Below are positions 30,401-40,844 of a DNA stretch of 64,000 nucleotides, piece by piece. The DNA comes from an uncultured Acidobacteriaceae bacterium (GTDB taxonomy: Bacteria > Acidobacteriota > Terriglobia > Terriglobales > Acidobacteriaceae). Made by a program: the position numbers and the translations under genes. The notes below the pieces were generated by a model. It was not told the origin of the DNA. It saw nothing but the letters and a program-made list of their open reading frames with translations, and made no database searches. The first letter of the stretch is position 1. Each line of letters opens with the position of its first letter. The stretch covers positions 8,164 through 72,163 of the forward strand of contig CAVPQE010000035.1 of NCBI GenBank assembly GCA_963707205.1. The letters run 5' to 3'.

Positions 30401-31087
30401 TTATAACCGCTTCAGAAACGTATTCGCTGCAGCGATGTGGGGGAACAACTTCTCCTCGGCCTGGAACTCCGCCGAGTGTACGCAGCGCCGGCTCCCTCGT
30501 AGCTTCACTGGATGCTTTAGATGCAGCATCTCGTGGTAAACGATGTATTCCAGCACATACGGCGGCACGGCGAAGTGGTCAAAGATGCGGCTGATGATGA
30601 TCGCATTGTGGGCCGGATCATAGTGGCCGAGAATGCGGCGAGTCTTGGTCTGGCTCCAGCTCATCTGCGGACGCGCCAACAGCCCATGAAAGAAGCGCGT
30701 ATTCAGTTGTTCAAAGATCGCGTCCAGGTCATAAAAGTGCCCGCGGGCCGGGCGCAACCGCTTGCGTCCGCGCATCTGCCGAACCAGGTGCGTCTTGCGC
30801 ACAATATCGTGGCTGGCGACATACTTGCGATAGCGCGCCGCCTGCCCGCGGTCGATCGGCCGCCGATACATCTTGGCCAGCAGAATATGCGCGATTGCCC
30901 GCAGGACTGCGTCCGGCGCTCCTTCCAGCAAATCCGAAAGCCGCACCAGCAGCCTGCCCTCCCGCAGCCGAATCGTGTTGTTGACGTTGGCGAAGGCAAA
31001 AAATTCGATCTTCAGCTCGGGAACGGCGGAGGCTGGGCGGAGTTCTTTGTATGTTTCCTGGAAGATTTCGAGCAGCCCTTCGCGCAC
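30401..31087 (-). CDS. SprT-like / DUF45-type zinc metalloprotease
   Basis: 228 aa. HEMLH zinc motif (IVYHEMLHLKH) near the C-terminus. Confidence 0.6.
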   Translation of the reverse strand: MREGLLEIFQETYKELRPASAVPELKIEFFAFANVNNTIRLREGRLLVRLSDLLEGAPDAVLRAIAHILLAKMYRRPIDRGQAARYRKYVASHDIVRKTHLVRQMRGRKRLRPARGHFYDLDAIFEQLNTRFFHGLLARPQMSWSQTKTRRILGHYDPAHNAIIISRIFDHFAVPPYVLEYIVYHEMLHLKHPVKLRGSRRCVHSAEFQAEEKLFPHIAAANTFLKRL

Positions 31088-31111
31088 GGTGAACCTAGGT
31101 TAGCATGGGGC

Positions 31112-31222
31112 AGGTCTTAGGTCTGAGGTCTTTGGTTTTAGGTCTTGAACGCGGCCGCAAATGCACTTGTGAATTCGTGATCCAACTCCTAACACTCAAC
31201 ATTAAGACCTAGCACCCAACAC
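31112..31222. repeat. heptanucleotide-periodic intergenic element (AGGTCTT family), two inverted arms
   Basis: Left arm AGGTCTT AGGTCTG AGGTCTT TGGTTTT AGGTCTT (31112..31146). Right arm 31181..31222 also has period 7 (CCTAACA CTCAACA TTAAGAC CTAGCAC CCAACAC) in the opposite sense. Central 34 nt is unique. Confidence 0.7.
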
Positions 31223-31227
31223 CTGCC

Positions 31228-31800
31228 TCACTCCGGCTTCCCCCCATTCTTTGCACTCGAATTGGAATTCAACTTCTTATGTTTGGCCGCGTCTTCCTGA
31301 TCGGCCAGCAGCTTGCGATGATCCTCCGCCGAACTGTCCACTGTCTCGAGCACATTGGTCAAAACGAACTCGTACTGATGAGATTCTTCCGCTGGAATAT
31401 CGGCGGCATCCTTCAGCGCGCGCAACTTCGCCTGAAACTCTGTGTCGGCCTCGATGATGACCTTCAGCGGTTTGCGGATGTCGTCTTTGCGATCGACGTA
31501 GGTGTCGATATTGTCGTTGAGTTCGTCGTAAAGCAACTGGAAATCATCGAGCAAGTCATGCGTCTGCCGCGGCCGATCCTTGGTCTTCGGATCGCTCCGC
31601 ATCTGCTCTAATTTGACCAGTCGCGCCCGGGCGAACTGCACGTAGAGCGTAAGGCGTTGTCTCGGCTCCCAACTGGCATCGCGGATCTGATCGATCTCAG
31701 GTTGCGTAAGCGGTTCGCGATGGCGCTGCGCCTGCACCCAGGAACCTCCAGCCAGTAACAGAGCTATGCACAAACAAGATCGCTGCCGGAAAGCAATCAT
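31228..31800 (-). CDS. secreted helical hypothetical protein
   Basis: 190 aa. Signal peptide MIAFRQRSCLCIALLLAGGSWVQA. 4-nt overlap with the upstream gene. Confidence 0.55.
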   Translation of the reverse strand: MIAFRQRSCLCIALLLAGGSWVQAQRHREPLTQPEIDQIRDASWEPRQRLTLYVQFARARLVKLEQMRSDPKTKDRPRQTHDLLDDFQLLYDELNDNIDTYVDRKDDIRKPLKVIIEADTEFQAKLRALKDAADIPAEESHQYEFVLTNVLETVDSSAEDHRKLLADQEDAAKHKKLNSNSSAKNGGKPE

Positions 31801-32264
31801 TTCGCTCCTTTCGGAAACATGGCGGAGAGCAGATCATCGCGCACTCGTTGCAGACGGTTGATGGCATCCCGCACCGGCGCCTGATCGTCATGACCGAGCG
31901 AGTGGAGCAGATCGGTAAGCTTGCGCGTCATCGAGCGGGCCGCAATCTCGGTTTGCTTCTGATATTTGTGCGATTGGATCGAATAGTCACGGGCCAATTC
32001 CGAAAAAGCCACAACGTCGGTCAACGCGGCCTGGCCCTTGTCGAATTCAGAAGCCGCATAGAGTTTGTCGACCTCTCCCAGTTCCTTCTGAGCAATCTGC
32101 ACACAGAGATGGGGTCGGTCCCCGATACTCGTCGAAGAAAGCCGGGCCTTCAGTTGCTCGACCGTAGGTTCGCTGCTGGGCGCCGCACGAGCCATCACTG
32201 CCGCAGTGAGCGCGAACAGTGTGACTGTTCCCCACAACTGAAATAAGCAACGTATCCGACGCAT
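31797..32264 (-). CDS. secreted helical hypothetical protein
   Basis: Start moved to MRRIRCLFQLWGTVTLFALTAAVMARA (32264); 155 aa. Confidence 0.55.
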   Translation of the reverse strand: MRRIRCLFQLWGTVTLFALTAAVMARAAPSSEPTVEQLKARLSSTSIGDRPHLCVQIAQKELGEVDKLYAASEFDKGQAALTDVVAFSELARDYSIQSHKYQKQTEIAARSMTRKLTDLLHSLGHDDQAPVRDAINRLQRVRDDLLSAMFPKGAK

Positions 32265-32284
32265 GATCCCAGTCCCGCGGCGAA

Positions 32285-33700
32285 TTACTTTTTCGGCTCG
32301 ATGGCAATGAGCCGATGCTTCGCCTGCCACTCCTGATCAGGATACTTCCCGTTGGCCGTATTAAGGAAGAGGTGATAATTCACCGCCGCTTGCTTGAAGT
32401 CTCGGAGATGATCGTAGGCCGACGCCCGCAGGAAGTAGGTGATCGGTTCCTCCGGCAGGAATTTCGCCCGCGTGTCCAAGGCCTTGATGGCCAGCGGATA
32501 ATTTTTGTTCTCGCCCGCGGCGAACGCCAGGTCACCGTAGGCCGTTCCCAGGTCCGGCTTGAGTTTCACCGCCTCCAGGAATTCCTTCTGCGCGTCAGTG
32601 AATTTCTTTTGTTCCAGCAGCGCTTTGCCGAGGCTCTGGTGAAGCCCGGCGTCGTTGGGATTTGCGGCCAGAAGTGCCCGATACGCCGTCTCGGCCTGAT
32701 CGTTTTTTTTGGCAAGGACGTACAGGTCGGCGAGATCGCGCTGCAGCGAAACATCGGCCGGCGCCAGCTTCGCTCCAGCCTGCAGTTCGGCGATCGCCTC
32801 CTCGTTCTTGCCCTCAGCCGCCAACACTCGCCCCAGTTGAATCCGCGCCGTGGCCTCCCCGGGATGAGCTGCGATCAGCTTGCGCAGTTCCGCCTCAGCC
32901 TCGGGAAAGCGGCGGCCACGCATGTAAATGTTGGCCAGCCCCGTTACCGCATCGAAGGCCGAAGGATCGACCGCTAAAGCCTGTTTATATTCGTGCTCCG
33001 CATCCGAGAATTTCTCTTGTTTTTCCAACAGAAGTCCAGCGGCCAAATGAGGTTCTGGATCTTTCGGCTGCAACACCGCAGCCTGCCGGTACGCTGCCAT
33101 GGCTTCTTCGGGCTTCGTCGCTTCGAGCACATGCGCCAGGGAAAGCCACGCCCGCGCTTGGCCCTCTGCAACGTGGCTTGTGGGCTTGAGTTGCGTGGCA
33201 GCCCGCAAGAATTGTTCGGCATCCGCTTGGCCAGACTTGGCGAGTTGCAATCCCAGATTCAGGTTCGACTCAAAAACATCCGGCTTCGCCGCTACCGATT
33301 TGCGATACGCGGCAATCGAGTCGTCCACCTTGCCTAGCGCATTCTCTGCAAAGCCGAGATCAAACCATGCTTCGTAATTCGCCGGATCGCCGTCCACCAC
33401 CTTGCGCAGCAACGGCTCGGCCGAAGCGTAATCCTTTTTCTGAATCAACTCCTCAGCCTTGGTGAGCTCGGGCGGCGGCCCGACTTCCTCGGCAACTTTT
33501 GTGTGATGCCCAGAATTCGCTCCCGTCTTGCGATGAGTGCTGGACGACGAGTCGCCCGTCTGCGCTTGCGAATCTGTCTGGGTCGAAGGCGAAGCTGGAT
33601 TCGCCGCTTGCGCGCCCGCGAATGCGCCGGTCACCCAAGCCACAAGCACAGCCACCGCCAGTCTACGAGCGACCATTGGAACGCGATGTGCCATTGCCAT
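32285..33700 (-). CDS. TPR-repeat protein (exported)
   Basis: 471 aa. Signal-like N-terminus, then about 9 tandem 34-aa TPR units (AxxxxxxAxxxxP pattern). The start may be an internal Met (33676), since 33700 overlaps the uvrA 3' end. Confidence 0.8.
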   Translation of the reverse strand: MAMAHRVPMVARRLAVAVLVAWVTGAFAGAQAANPASPSTQTDSQAQTGDSSSSTHRKTGANSGHHTKVAEEVGPPPELTKAEELIQKKDYASAEPLLRKVVDGDPANYEAWFDLGFAENALGKVDDSIAAYRKSVAAKPDVFESNLNLGLQLAKSGQADAEQFLRAATQLKPTSHVAEGQARAWLSLAHVLEATKPEEAMAAYRQAAVLQPKDPEPHLAAGLLLEKQEKFSDAEHEYKQALAVDPSAFDAVTGLANIYMRGRRFPEAEAELRKLIAAHPGEATARIQLGRVLAAEGKNEEAIAELQAGAKLAPADVSLQRDLADLYVLAKKNDQAETAYRALLAANPNDAGLHQSLGKALLEQKKFTDAQKEFLEAVKLKPDLGTAYGDLAFAAGENKNYPLAIKALDTRAKFLPEEPITYFLRASAYDHLRDFKQAAVNYHLFLNTANGKYPDQEWQAKHRLIAIEPKK

Positions 33701-36700
33701 TCAGGATACGCGCCAGATACTTTCCAGTATAAGAACCCGCCAGCTTGGCGATGGCTTCCGGCGGTCCGGCGCCGATCACCTTGCCACCACGACTCCCGCC
33801 TTCCGGCCCGAGATCGATAACCCAGTCCGCGGTCTTGATGACTTCCAGATTGTGTTCGATGACGACGATCGATCCCCCCGCTTCAATCAGACGGCGAAAG
33901 GCGGCCAGAAGCTTGCTGACGTCGTCAAAATGCAGTCCAGTCGTTGGCTCATCGAAAATGTAGAGCAGCCGCCGCTTGAGCCGCCCCTCACTCCCGGACG
34001 CGCTCCGGCCTATTTCGCGCGAGGCCGGCTGCAGATGTGCCGCCAGCTTCATGCGCTGCGCTTCGCCGCCGGACAGCGTCGTCGCGGACTGCCCTAGTCG
34101 CAGGTATCCGAGGCCGACTTCCTCCAGTGATCGCAGCTTCTCGGTGATCTTGGGCGCCTCGGCAAAGAACTTCAGCGCCTCCTTCACCGTCAGGTTCAGA
34201 ACTTCGTGAATGTTTTTGCCGCGATAGCGCACCTCAAGCACCGTCGGCTTGTACCGCGTGCCCTTGCACTCCTCGCAAATCAGTTCGACGTCGGCCAGAA
34301 ACTGCATCTCCACCGTGACCGTGCCGTCTCCCTGACAGGTTTCGCACCGCCCTCCCGGGATGTTGAATGAAAAATGTCCCGCGCCGAATCCACGCTTCTT
34401 CGCTTCCGGCAGAGAAGCGAACAGGTCGCGAATCGCATCGAACGCCTTGATATACGTAACCGGATTCGACCGCGGCGTGCGCCCAATCGGCGACTGATCA
34501 ACCAACACCACTTCCTCGATAAACTGATCGCCCTCCAGGCTCTCCCAACTCGCCGCCGGCCCCGTCGTTCCATCCCCTGATTGCTGCTTCGCTTGCGCCA
34601 GCGCCCGATACAGCACCTGATGTAGCAGAGTCGACTTGCCCGATCCCGAAACGCCGGTAATCGCCACGATCATGCCCAGCGGAATGCTGATGTCCACACC
34701 CTTCAGATTGTTGGCGCGAACGCCGCGAATCTTGATCTGCTGCGCCCCCGGCTTGCGCCGTAGCACCGGCGGCTGAATCCGCAAGTCCTCCGAAAGATAA
34801 CGCCCGGTCAACGAAACCGGATTGTGCAGAATCTCGTCGTATGTCCCCTCCGCGACGAGTTTGCCGCCATTCTCGCCGGCCCCAGGCCCAAGGTCGAGAA
34901 TCCGGTCCGCCGCGCGCATGATGTCGGCATCGTGCTCCACCACCAGGATTGTGTTCCCCAGATCGCGCAGCCCGTAAAGAATCTTGATCAGCCGGTGCGT
35001 ATCCCGGGGATGCAGCCCAATCGACGGCTCATCCAACACATACAGCGTGCCTACCAGCCGCGATCCCAGCGAAGTCGCCAACTGAATCCGCTGCGCCTCG
35101 CCGCCCGACAGCGTGGAAGAAAGCCGGTCGAGCGTCAGATACTCAAGCCCCACATCATTCAGAAATCGCAGCCGCTCACGAATCTCCTGCAGCAGTTTGT
35201 CCGCGATCTCGGCTTCCTGTGCGGTCAACTCGACTTGCTCAAAGAATCGCAGCGCATCTTCCACGGTGAGCCCGCAAATCTCGCAGAGATTCCGCCCGTT
35301 GATCTTGACCTGCCGCGCTTCCAGCCGCAGCCGCGACCCCTTGCAATCCGGGCACAGCGAATAGCCGCGATAGCGGCTAAGAAACACCCGCACGTGTAGC
35401 TTGTATTTCTTGCGCTCCAGATAACTGAAGAATCCCCGAACTCCCAGAAATTTTCCCTCGCCGCTGAGTACCAGGTTCCTGTGTTCGTCCTCCAGATCCG
35501 CCCACGGCACATCGAGCGGAATCCCCGCCTGCTTGGCATAACGCTTCAGATCGGTAAACAGCGGACGATACTTCGGCTTCGTCCACGGCTCAATCGCGCC
35601 CTCGGCCAAGCTCTTGATCTTGTCCGGAACGACGAGGTCCAGATCGAAATCGATCGTGTTCCCAAACCCCTGGCACCGCGGGCAAGCCCCGTAAGGATTG
35701 TTAAAAGAAAAAAGTCTCGGCTCCGGTTCCTCGTAACGCAAGTTACATTCCTTGCACTCAAACCGCTGCGCGAACCGCAGTGTGGGGCGGACACTCCTGT
35801 CCGCCGCCTTTGCTTGGGAATTATTCTCTGGACCGCCGGATTCCGGAATCTCAAAAATGACTTCGCCCGATTCTCGGTAAGCAGTCTCAATCGCGTCGAC
35901 CACGCGCGTCCGAGCCTCAGCCGAAACGACAAGCCGGTCCACCAGCACGAACACCGGTTCCGCAAAGTCAATATCGAGCAGCGACTCCGGCGTCGAGAAC
36001 TCGAAAATCTCTCCTCGTTGATAAAGCCGATTGAACCCAGACTTGCGCAGATCAAACAACCGCGTCTTCAGCGCCTCGGTCAATTGCCCAGCGGGTGCCC
36101 CATTTCTCGCGTTCTTTGCGAGAAGTGGGGCCTTTATCGCGGCCTTCCGTGCTTTCGATGCCCCCGCAGCCTTAGCCGCCGTTTCCTGCACTCCCGCTCC
36201 CGGCCGCTGCAGCGGAAACAACACCTGCAGCCGCGTTTCCGGATCAAGCGCCAGAATCGCGTCGGCGACTTCGTCGACGGTATCCTTCTTTACCTCGCGC
36301 CCGCAGTTCGCGCAATACGTCCGCCCTAGCCGCGCAAACAGCAGCCGCAGATAATCGTAGATTTCGGTCGCCGTCGCCACCGTCGACCGCGGATTCCGCG
36401 TCGTATTCTTCTGCCGGATCGCCACCGCCGGGGCAATCCCATCAATCGTGTCCGCATCCGGCTTCTCAATCCGCTCCAGAAATTGCCGCGCATAGGCCGA
36501 CAGGGACTCCACGTACCGGCGCTGTCCCTCGGCATAAATCGTGTCAAACGCCAGCGAGGACTTGCCAGAACCGGAGACCCCAGTCACTACCGTCAACGTA
36601 TTGTGCGGGACCTCAAAGTCAATGTTCTTGAGGTTATGGACGCGGGCACCGCGTACAACAATGCTTTCCTTGGGAGTCGAGACAGTGTGCGTTAAGTCAG

Positions 36701-36707
36701 AAGACAT
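33663..36707 (-). CDS. uvrA: excinuclease ABC subunit A
   Basis: About 1014 aa from ATG 36707 (alternative GTG 36731). Two ABC modules ([26 protein letters not shown] twice) and CxxC zinc modules. Confidence 0.95.
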   Translation of the reverse strand: MSSDLTHTVSTPKESIVVRGARVHNLKNIDFEVPHNTLTVVTGVSGSGKSSLAFDTIYAEGQRRYVESLSAYARQFLERIEKPDADTIDGIAPAVAIRQKNTTRNPRSTVATATEIYDYLRLLFARLGRTYCANCGREVKKDTVDEVADAILALDPETRLQVLFPLQRPGAGVQETAAKAAGASKARKAAIKAPLLAKNARNGAPAGQLTEALKTRLFDLRKSGFNRLYQRGEIFEFSTPESLLDIDFAEPVFVLVDRLVVSAEARTRVVDAIETAYRESGEVIFEIPESGGPENNSQAKAADRSVRPTLRFAQRFECKECNLRYEEPEPRLFSFNNPYGACPRCQGFGNTIDFDLDLVVPDKIKSLAEGAIEPWTKPKYRPLFTDLKRYAKQAGIPLDVPWADLEDEHRNLVLSGEGKFLGVRGFFSYLERKKYKLHVRVFLSRYRGYSLCPDCKGSRLRLEARQVKINGRNLCEICGLTVEDALRFFEQVELTAQEAEIADKLLQEIRERLRFLNDVGLEYLTLDRLSSTLSGGEAQRIQLATSLGSRLVGTLYVLDEPSIGLHPRDTHRLIKILYGLRDLGNTILVVEHDADIMRAADRILDLGPGAGENGGKLVAEGTYDEILHNPVSLTGRYLSEDLRIQPPVLRRKPGAQQIKIRGVRANNLKGVDISIPLGMIVAITGVSGSGKSTLLHQVLYRALAQAKQQSGDGTTGPAASWESLEGDQFIEEVVLVDQSPIGRTPRSNPVTYIKAFDAIRDLFASLPEAKKRGFGAGHFSFNIPGGRCETCQGDGTVTVEMQFLADVELICEECKGTRYKPTVLEVRYRGKNIHEVLNLTVKEALKFFAEAPKITEKLRSLEEVGLGYLRLGQSATTLSGGEAQRMKLAAHLQPASREIGRSASGSEGRLKRRLLYIFDEPTTGLHFDDVSKLLAAFRRLIEAGGSIVVIEHNLEVIKTADWVIDLGPEGGSRGGKVIGAGPPEAIAKLAGSYTGKYLARILNGNGTSRSNGRS

Positions 36708-36913
36708 CGGGTAAAGGCCGCGATAGCCCACGCTCGCCCCGAGCGCATGCGCTCAGAGCCTTCCGCGAGGGTTACCGAATCTTTCTATTATAAAGCAGGA
36801 AGGTGATCGTCGCCCCGGTCGTCGAAAAGTCGCTTGCTACGTCTCTGCCCGCGGCATTCCGAATGGATAGAAAACGACGTTGCAAGCAAAGTCTCTACAA
36901 CAAGTGGTATGGT

Positions 36914-37168
36914 TTATCGAGAGGTGTCGTCATTCTCGCGGTCGCGCCTTTTTCCGTAACGAACCGCGAAGCCGAACCCCAGTACCATGATGCCGAGGGG
37001 CGGCGCCAGCATGACAAAGATCGCGCGATTGAGCGCGCGCTGAGCTTCCTTAGGCGTGGCCTTCGCGTTTGCGTAACACATGGCGCAGCCTTGCGCAAAT
37101 GCCGGCGCCGCCCAAAGCGCGACCAGCAACAGCAGGAAAGCCACACGAAATTTCCCGGCAAGCTTCAT
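36914..37168 (-). CDS. small membrane protein with CxxC motif, last gene of the cox operon
   Basis: 84 aa. Signal/TM, QGCAMCY, a second TM, then a basic tail. Starts 8 nt after the subunit IV gene. Confidence 0.5.
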   Translation of the reverse strand: MKLAGKFRVAFLLLLVALWAAPAFAQGCAMCYANAKATPKEAQRALNRAIFVMLAPPLGIMVLGFGFAVRYGKRRDRENDDTSR

Positions 37169-37175
37169 GGCCGTT

Positions 37176-37487
37176 TCAGTGCACCCCGAGTCTCAGGATC
37201 CGCCCGGCATCGGGGAAGAAGAAGAAATACATGATGATGAAGCACCCGACCACGGCGCTCAGCAGCATCCACCGCATCAACGCAGTCTCGAACTTCAAGT
37301 GCATGAAGTAGCCAATAATCAGCGCCGACTTGATGATCGACAGAACCAGCAGCGCCTCCAGCATCCGCACCGGCTCGAAGATCTGCTTGTACCCCAGCAC
37401 AACCTCCACGGCGGTCAGTGCCAGCAATGCTCCCCACACCCAGAAATACTGCCCTTTGCTGTCAGCGTGCGTTGCTGCGTCGTGCAT
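37176..37487 (-). CDS. cytochrome c oxidase subunit IV (prokaryotic type)
   Basis: 103 aa, three TM helices. Position and size are typical of CoxD/CtaF-like subunits. Confidence 0.7.
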   Translation of the reverse strand: MHDAATHADSKGQYFWVWGALLALTAVEVVLGYKQIFEPVRMLEALLVLSIIKSALIIGYFMHLKFETALMRWMLLSAVVGCFIIMYFFFFPDAGRILRLGVH

Positions 37488-37535
37488 CGTTTGGTCCTCG
37501 CTTCGCTTTTGGGCGGTGGCCCACGCTCTGGAACG

Positions 37536-38342
37536 TTATGTGATTTTGGTCGACATCAAATACACCAACGGGAAGATGAACATCCACACCAGATCGACGA
37601 AGTGCCAGTAAAGACCCGAAACTTCCACATCATGCGCATCGTAGTCTTTCGGTTTCAGAAACAAAATCACCGCCGCGACGACCAATCCAATCAGCAGCAC
37701 GTGGATGCCATAATGGAAGACATTATCCGACGGAATCAATAAATATCCGGCAATCCAGAGCACGCCCAGAACCGGCAGGAACCACTTGCGGAATGCGACC
37801 ACTCCCAGATAAATCACGCCAATTGTCACGTGCAGCATGTGCATCGCAGTGAGACCGAAGAACGTCGCAGGAAACTGCGGCACATTTCTCGATACGTCCG
37901 CCAACTCTCCTGCTGCCGCGCTCGCCGGTTTGGGAAATCCCGGGATGGTCAGCCCCTCCCCGATCAGTTTGCTCCACTCCATGCCGTGCAGCACGATGAA
38001 AGCCGTGCCAAACACCATGGTGGCCAGCAGCCAGTTGCGGGTCCAGGCCCGGTCGCCGCGCTGTGCCGCAAACACCGCCATTACCATCGTCAGCGAACTC
38101 GACAGCAGGCAGGCCGTCATGATCGTGGCGTTCGCGATGCTCGCCGCATGAAATGGCGTGGGCCACGCGGTATAAATCCGGTTGTAGCTGAAGGCGAATA
38201 GCAGCGCTCCGAAGGTTAGCGAGTCTGAGGCCAGGAACAGCCACATCCCCACCTTCTTCGAATAAGCTCCAAACAGAGGAGCCTCATAAGCTCCGGGCAG
38301 CCCATGTTGAACGGCAGCATGCTCCAGCGTGGCGTTAGCCAT
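37536..38342 (-). CDS. cytochrome c oxidase subunit III
   Basis: 268 aa, polytopic. C-terminal YWHFVDLVWMFIFPLVY motif. Confidence 0.85.
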   Translation of the reverse strand: MANATLEHAAVQHGLPGAYEAPLFGAYSKKVGMWLFLASDSLTFGALLFAFSYNRIYTAWPTPFHAASIANATIMTACLLSSSLTMVMAVFAAQRGDRAWTRNWLLATMVFGTAFIVLHGMEWSKLIGEGLTIPGFPKPASAAAGELADVSRNVPQFPATFFGLTAMHMLHVTIGVIYLGVVAFRKWFLPVLGVLWIAGYLLIPSDNVFHYGIHVLLIGLVVAAVILFLKPKDYDAHDVEVSGLYWHFVDLVWMFIFPLVYLMSTKIT

Positions 38343-38360
38343 TCCTCAAATTCCCCTTTC

Positions 38361-39098
38361 CTATCTCGCAAATCCCAACAGAGCGAACACGTAAATCCAC
38401 AGCACCGCCATGAAATGCCAGTACCATGCCGTGATGTCGACCACGATGCGGCGCGCTTCCACCGGCTTGTGCAGCAGGGAAGCGCTCGCCGCCCAAAGCA
38501 GCGCAATCATGCCTCCGCAAAGGTGCACCGCGTGCGCGATCGTCAGTAGAAACACAAACGAGCTGTTGGGATTCGTATTCACGAAGAACCCGCGAGCGTG
38601 CAACTCGCCCCATGCCAGCCATTGCCCCGCCAGAAATCCGATCCCCAGCAAAACCGTGATTTCCAGCCACGGAAATGATTTCTCATCTCCCAGCGAGATT
38701 CCAGGAATCGACTTCACCGGAGCCAGCGCCGCCTCCCGCGCCGCCTGTCGCCGCGCCAACTCCATGGTCGCGCTGCTGACCAGAAGCACCGCTGTATTAA
38801 TCGCCAGCAGCAGCCACGGCAAGTCCACCCGGCCCCAATCGCGCACGTAACTATTCGAGGCCCCGTCGAACGTCGGCAGCCCCTGCCGCACGATGTACGC
38901 GCTGGTCAGCGAGATGAACACCATGCAGACGGTGGCAATCCCGCAGATCAGTCCCAGCCGCGCCCGCCGCAGCCTCGCCCCATAATTCGGAACGTCGCCG
39001 CCACCGCGCCCATCATCGCCCCCACCCGCAGGTGGCGCGGGCGGTTTGTGGCCGTGACCAATGTGATCAATCGGAGTGCTTGGAGTATAGGTCGCCAT
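38361..39098 (-). CDS. cytochrome c oxidase subunit III-like paralogue
   Basis: 245 aa. C-terminal AWYWHFMAVLWIYVFALL motif. Gly/Pro-rich N-terminal tail. Confidence 0.8.
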   Translation of the reverse strand: MATYTPSTPIDHIGHGHKPPAPPAGGGDDGRGGGDVPNYGARLRRARLGLICGIATVCMVFISLTSAYIVRQGLPTFDGASNSYVRDWGRVDLPWLLLAINTAVLLVSSATMELARRQAAREAALAPVKSIPGISLGDEKSFPWLEITVLLGIGFLAGQWLAWGELHARGFFVNTNPNSSFVFLLTIAHAVHLCGGMIALLWAASASLLHKPVEARRIVVDITAWYWHFMAVLWIYVFALLGFAR

Positions 39099-39112
39099 AC
39101 CTACTTAGTGCG

Positions 39113-40843
39113 TCAATGTGCCGTACTGGTTGCCGGGTCCGTCTGCATGACATAATCGCGCGCCGCGCCGGGCACACCGTACTCATACGGTCCATGGTTC
39201 ACCACCGGGGTCACGCCGCCAAAGTTGTCGTGCGGCGGCGGAGTCGCGGTCGTCCACTCCAGTGTGGTCGCTTCCCACGGATTGTCGCTGGCCTTCGGTC
39301 CCTTGAACATGCTCCAGAAGAGATTGATCACGAAAATGAACTGCGCCGCAATCGTGATGAACGCCGCATAGGTCATGAACGTCTGCAGCGGAATCAGCTT
39401 GGTCTGATAAGCCACTTCGGTGAACTGCGAGTAACGCCGCGTCTGCCCCGCCATCCCTAGATAATGCATCGGCATAAAAATGGCATACGTTCCCGCCAGC
39501 GTAATGAAGAAGTGCAACTTGCCCAGAGACTCATTCATCATCCGCCCGAACATCTTGGGGAACCAGTAGTACGTCGCCGCGAAAATGCCGAAGATAGCCG
39601 CCACGCCCATGATCAGGTGAAAGTGCCCGACCACAAAATACGTATCGTGCAACTGGATGTCGAGCACCGGCTGTGCCAGGAACGGCCCGCTCAATCCGCC
39701 GGAAACAAATAGCGAGACGAACCCGATGGCATACAGCATCGGAGTATGAAAGCGAATGCGCCCCTTGTACATCGTCCCCAGCCAGTTAAACGTCTTGATG
39801 GCCGAGGGCACGCCAATGCACATGGTCAGAATCGAAAACGCAAACGCCGAGTAAGGGCTCATCCCGCTCATGAACATGTGATGGCCCCACACCATGAATC
39901 CTAAAAAGCCGATCGACAACATGGCGTACACCATCGCCCGGTAGCCGAAAATCGGCTTGCGCGAAAACGTCGAAAGAATCTGCGACGTCACACCCATGCC
40001 CGGCAGGATGGCGATGTATACCTCGGGATGTCCGAAGAACCAGAACAGATGCTGCCACAGCAGCGGCGACCCCCCCTTGTGGCCCATCACCACGCCGTTC
40101 ACCACAACCAGCGGCACGTAAAAGCTGGTGCCGAGATTGCGATCCATCAGGAGCAGGATGCCTGCCGAGAGCAGGACGCCAAACGCCAGCAGTCCGAGAA
40201 TGGCGGTGATGAACCACGACCACACGGTCAACGGCATCCGCATCATGGTCATGCCCTTGGCCCGCATATCGAGCGTGGTCGTGAGGAAATTCAACGCGCC
40301 CATCAGCGAGGCTACGCAAAAAATCGCAATGCTCGTAATCCAGAGATCGGCGCCCAATTGTTCCCCGGGTCCGGCCGACGGCAGTGCGCTGAGCGGGGCG
40401 TATCCCGTCCACCCGTGCAGCGGCGCGCCTCCCGTCACGAAGAAGGCACAGATAATCACGACGAATCCCACAAACGTAGTCCAGAACGAAAGCATGTTCA
40501 GGACCGGGAACGCCATATCCGGTGCGCCGATTTGAATGGGCAGGAAGTAGTTTCCGAACCCGCCTTGCGGCGCCGTGGTCAGCACGAAAAACACCATGAT
40601 GGTGCCGTGCATGGTCAGCAGGCTGAGATATGTCTCGGGCTGGATCGTGCCAATCAGGGGCAGCACAGCCGCCGGCCAGATCAAGTGAATGCGCATCAAC
40701 AGCGACAAAAACATCCCGACAAACACGGCCGTGAGTGCCAGGAAAAAATACTGCATGCCGATGACTTTGTGATCCAGGCTGAAAATGTATTTCCGGATGA
40801 AACCCTGAGGAGCGTGCGCGTGTACCGAAGCCGGGGTCGCCAT
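39113..40843 (-). CDS. ctaD: cytochrome c oxidase subunit I
   Basis: Start moved to MATPASVHAHAPQGFIRKY (40843), 1 nt after the subunit II stop; 576 aa. Canonical heme-copper motifs (WFFGHPEVY, HHMF). Confidence 0.95.
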   Translation of the reverse strand: MATPASVHAHAPQGFIRKYIFSLDHKVIGMQYFFLALTAVFVGMFLSLLMRIHLIWPAAVLPLIGTIQPETYLSLLTMHGTIMVFFVLTTAPQGGFGNYFLPIQIGAPDMAFPVLNMLSFWTTFVGFVVIICAFFVTGGAPLHGWTGYAPLSALPSAGPGEQLGADLWITSIAIFCVASLMGALNFLTTTLDMRAKGMTMMRMPLTVWSWFITAILGLLAFGVLLSAGILLLMDRNLGTSFYVPLVVVNGVVMGHKGGSPLLWQHLFWFFGHPEVYIAILPGMGVTSQILSTFSRKPIFGYRAMVYAMLSIGFLGFMVWGHHMFMSGMSPYSAFAFSILTMCIGVPSAIKTFNWLGTMYKGRIRFHTPMLYAIGFVSLFVSGGLSGPFLAQPVLDIQLHDTYFVVGHFHLIMGVAAIFGIFAATYYWFPKMFGRMMNESLGKLHFFITLAGTYAIFMPMHYLGMAGQTRRYSQFTEVAYQTKLIPLQTFMTYAAFITIAAQFIFVINLFWSMFKGPKASDNPWEATTLEWTTATPPPHDNFGGVTPVVNHGPYEYGVPGAARDYVMQTDPATSTAH

Positions 40844-40844
40844 T

